DNA of 63,683 nt, filler included, from Octopus bimaculoides (taxonomy: Eukaryota): NCBI RefSeq assembly GCF_001194135.2. It is 5 parts of 5 records of this genome, joined end to end, with 100 filler letters (N's around TTAATTAATTAA, not from the genome) between each part and the next. Parts side by side here need not be neighbours in the genome. Positions count along the whole stretch, not along the records: positions 61,234 to 63,683 come from NC_068985.1; 4 more parts are not named here. One strand, written 5' to 3'. A program made the translations under genes and the position numbers. The notes under the pieces are model-generated. The model saw nothing but the letters and a program-made list of their open reading frames with translations. It had not been told where the DNA came from and ran no database searches. Below, piece by piece: positions 63,251 to 63,683 of this stretch (positions are counted from its first letter, which is position 1; every line of letters begins with the position of its first letter).

Positions 63251-63683
63251 TATGAGCTATTGGATCCGGATCAATTGTGTATTGCTCATGAGTGCTTCAT
63301 CGAACAGTTACAACAAATAGACTCTTTACTCAATGTTCACTTCGTTGAATAAATGATGGCTTAGTTTTCATACCACATCTATACCAGTACACCATATTTC
63401 AGAAATTGCTCTTATCCGTAATAATGTTTCTATCTATTTTATCTAAAATTAATTGGTGTGTCAATTAACAGATTAGATTACGTTGATATACATACTTCTA
63501 TATATTAAAGAAATATGAGTTGTTTCTATGGTTGTCCCCAGGAGCGGTTGACATTTCTTCCGGTTTCATAAGCAAAGTGAAAGAAATCAGTTGCTGTATT
63601 GAATGAGGTTCAGGAGAGATAAATATAGAAAGTAGTGGATGTGGTGGACAATGGAAGCGGGCGTAGAGGATCATGGTATATTC

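Noticed and set aside
1-63683. CRISPR arrays, rRNA, bona fide tRNA genes, prokaryotic operons
   Set aside because: No repeat-spacer array or rRNA similarity. All tRNA-like segments are SINE heads without a full cloverleaf or T-run terminator.

Overview
Eukaryotic, AT-rich and microsatellite-saturated window with many assembly gaps. The SINE families and repeat texture point to a cephalopod, probably Octopus (inference). No host protein-coding exon, rRNA, real tRNA or CRISPR array can be supported, so this looks like a large intron or intergenic tract made of transposon remnants. These include Tc1/mariner pieces, L1/Tx1-like, R4/Dong-like, RTE and CR1-like LINE fragments, several tRNA-derived SINE families, two foldback MITE-like elements, and four or five Penelope-like elements (PLEs) that appear to belong to three clades. 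The most interesting signal is a set of hammerhead ribozyme (HHR) motifs. One is a complete type-I HHR with a potential 11-bp pseudoknot (4471-4577), with a loop-deleted sister copy 51 kb away. One has a reversed G3:C8 core pair (60597-60650). One forms the tail of a tRNA-headed SINE that also has a 5' inverted duplication (45267-45590), suggesting a Pol III-driven, PLE-mobilised, ribozyme-bearing retroelement. All structures were folded by eye and none has been computed or tested.
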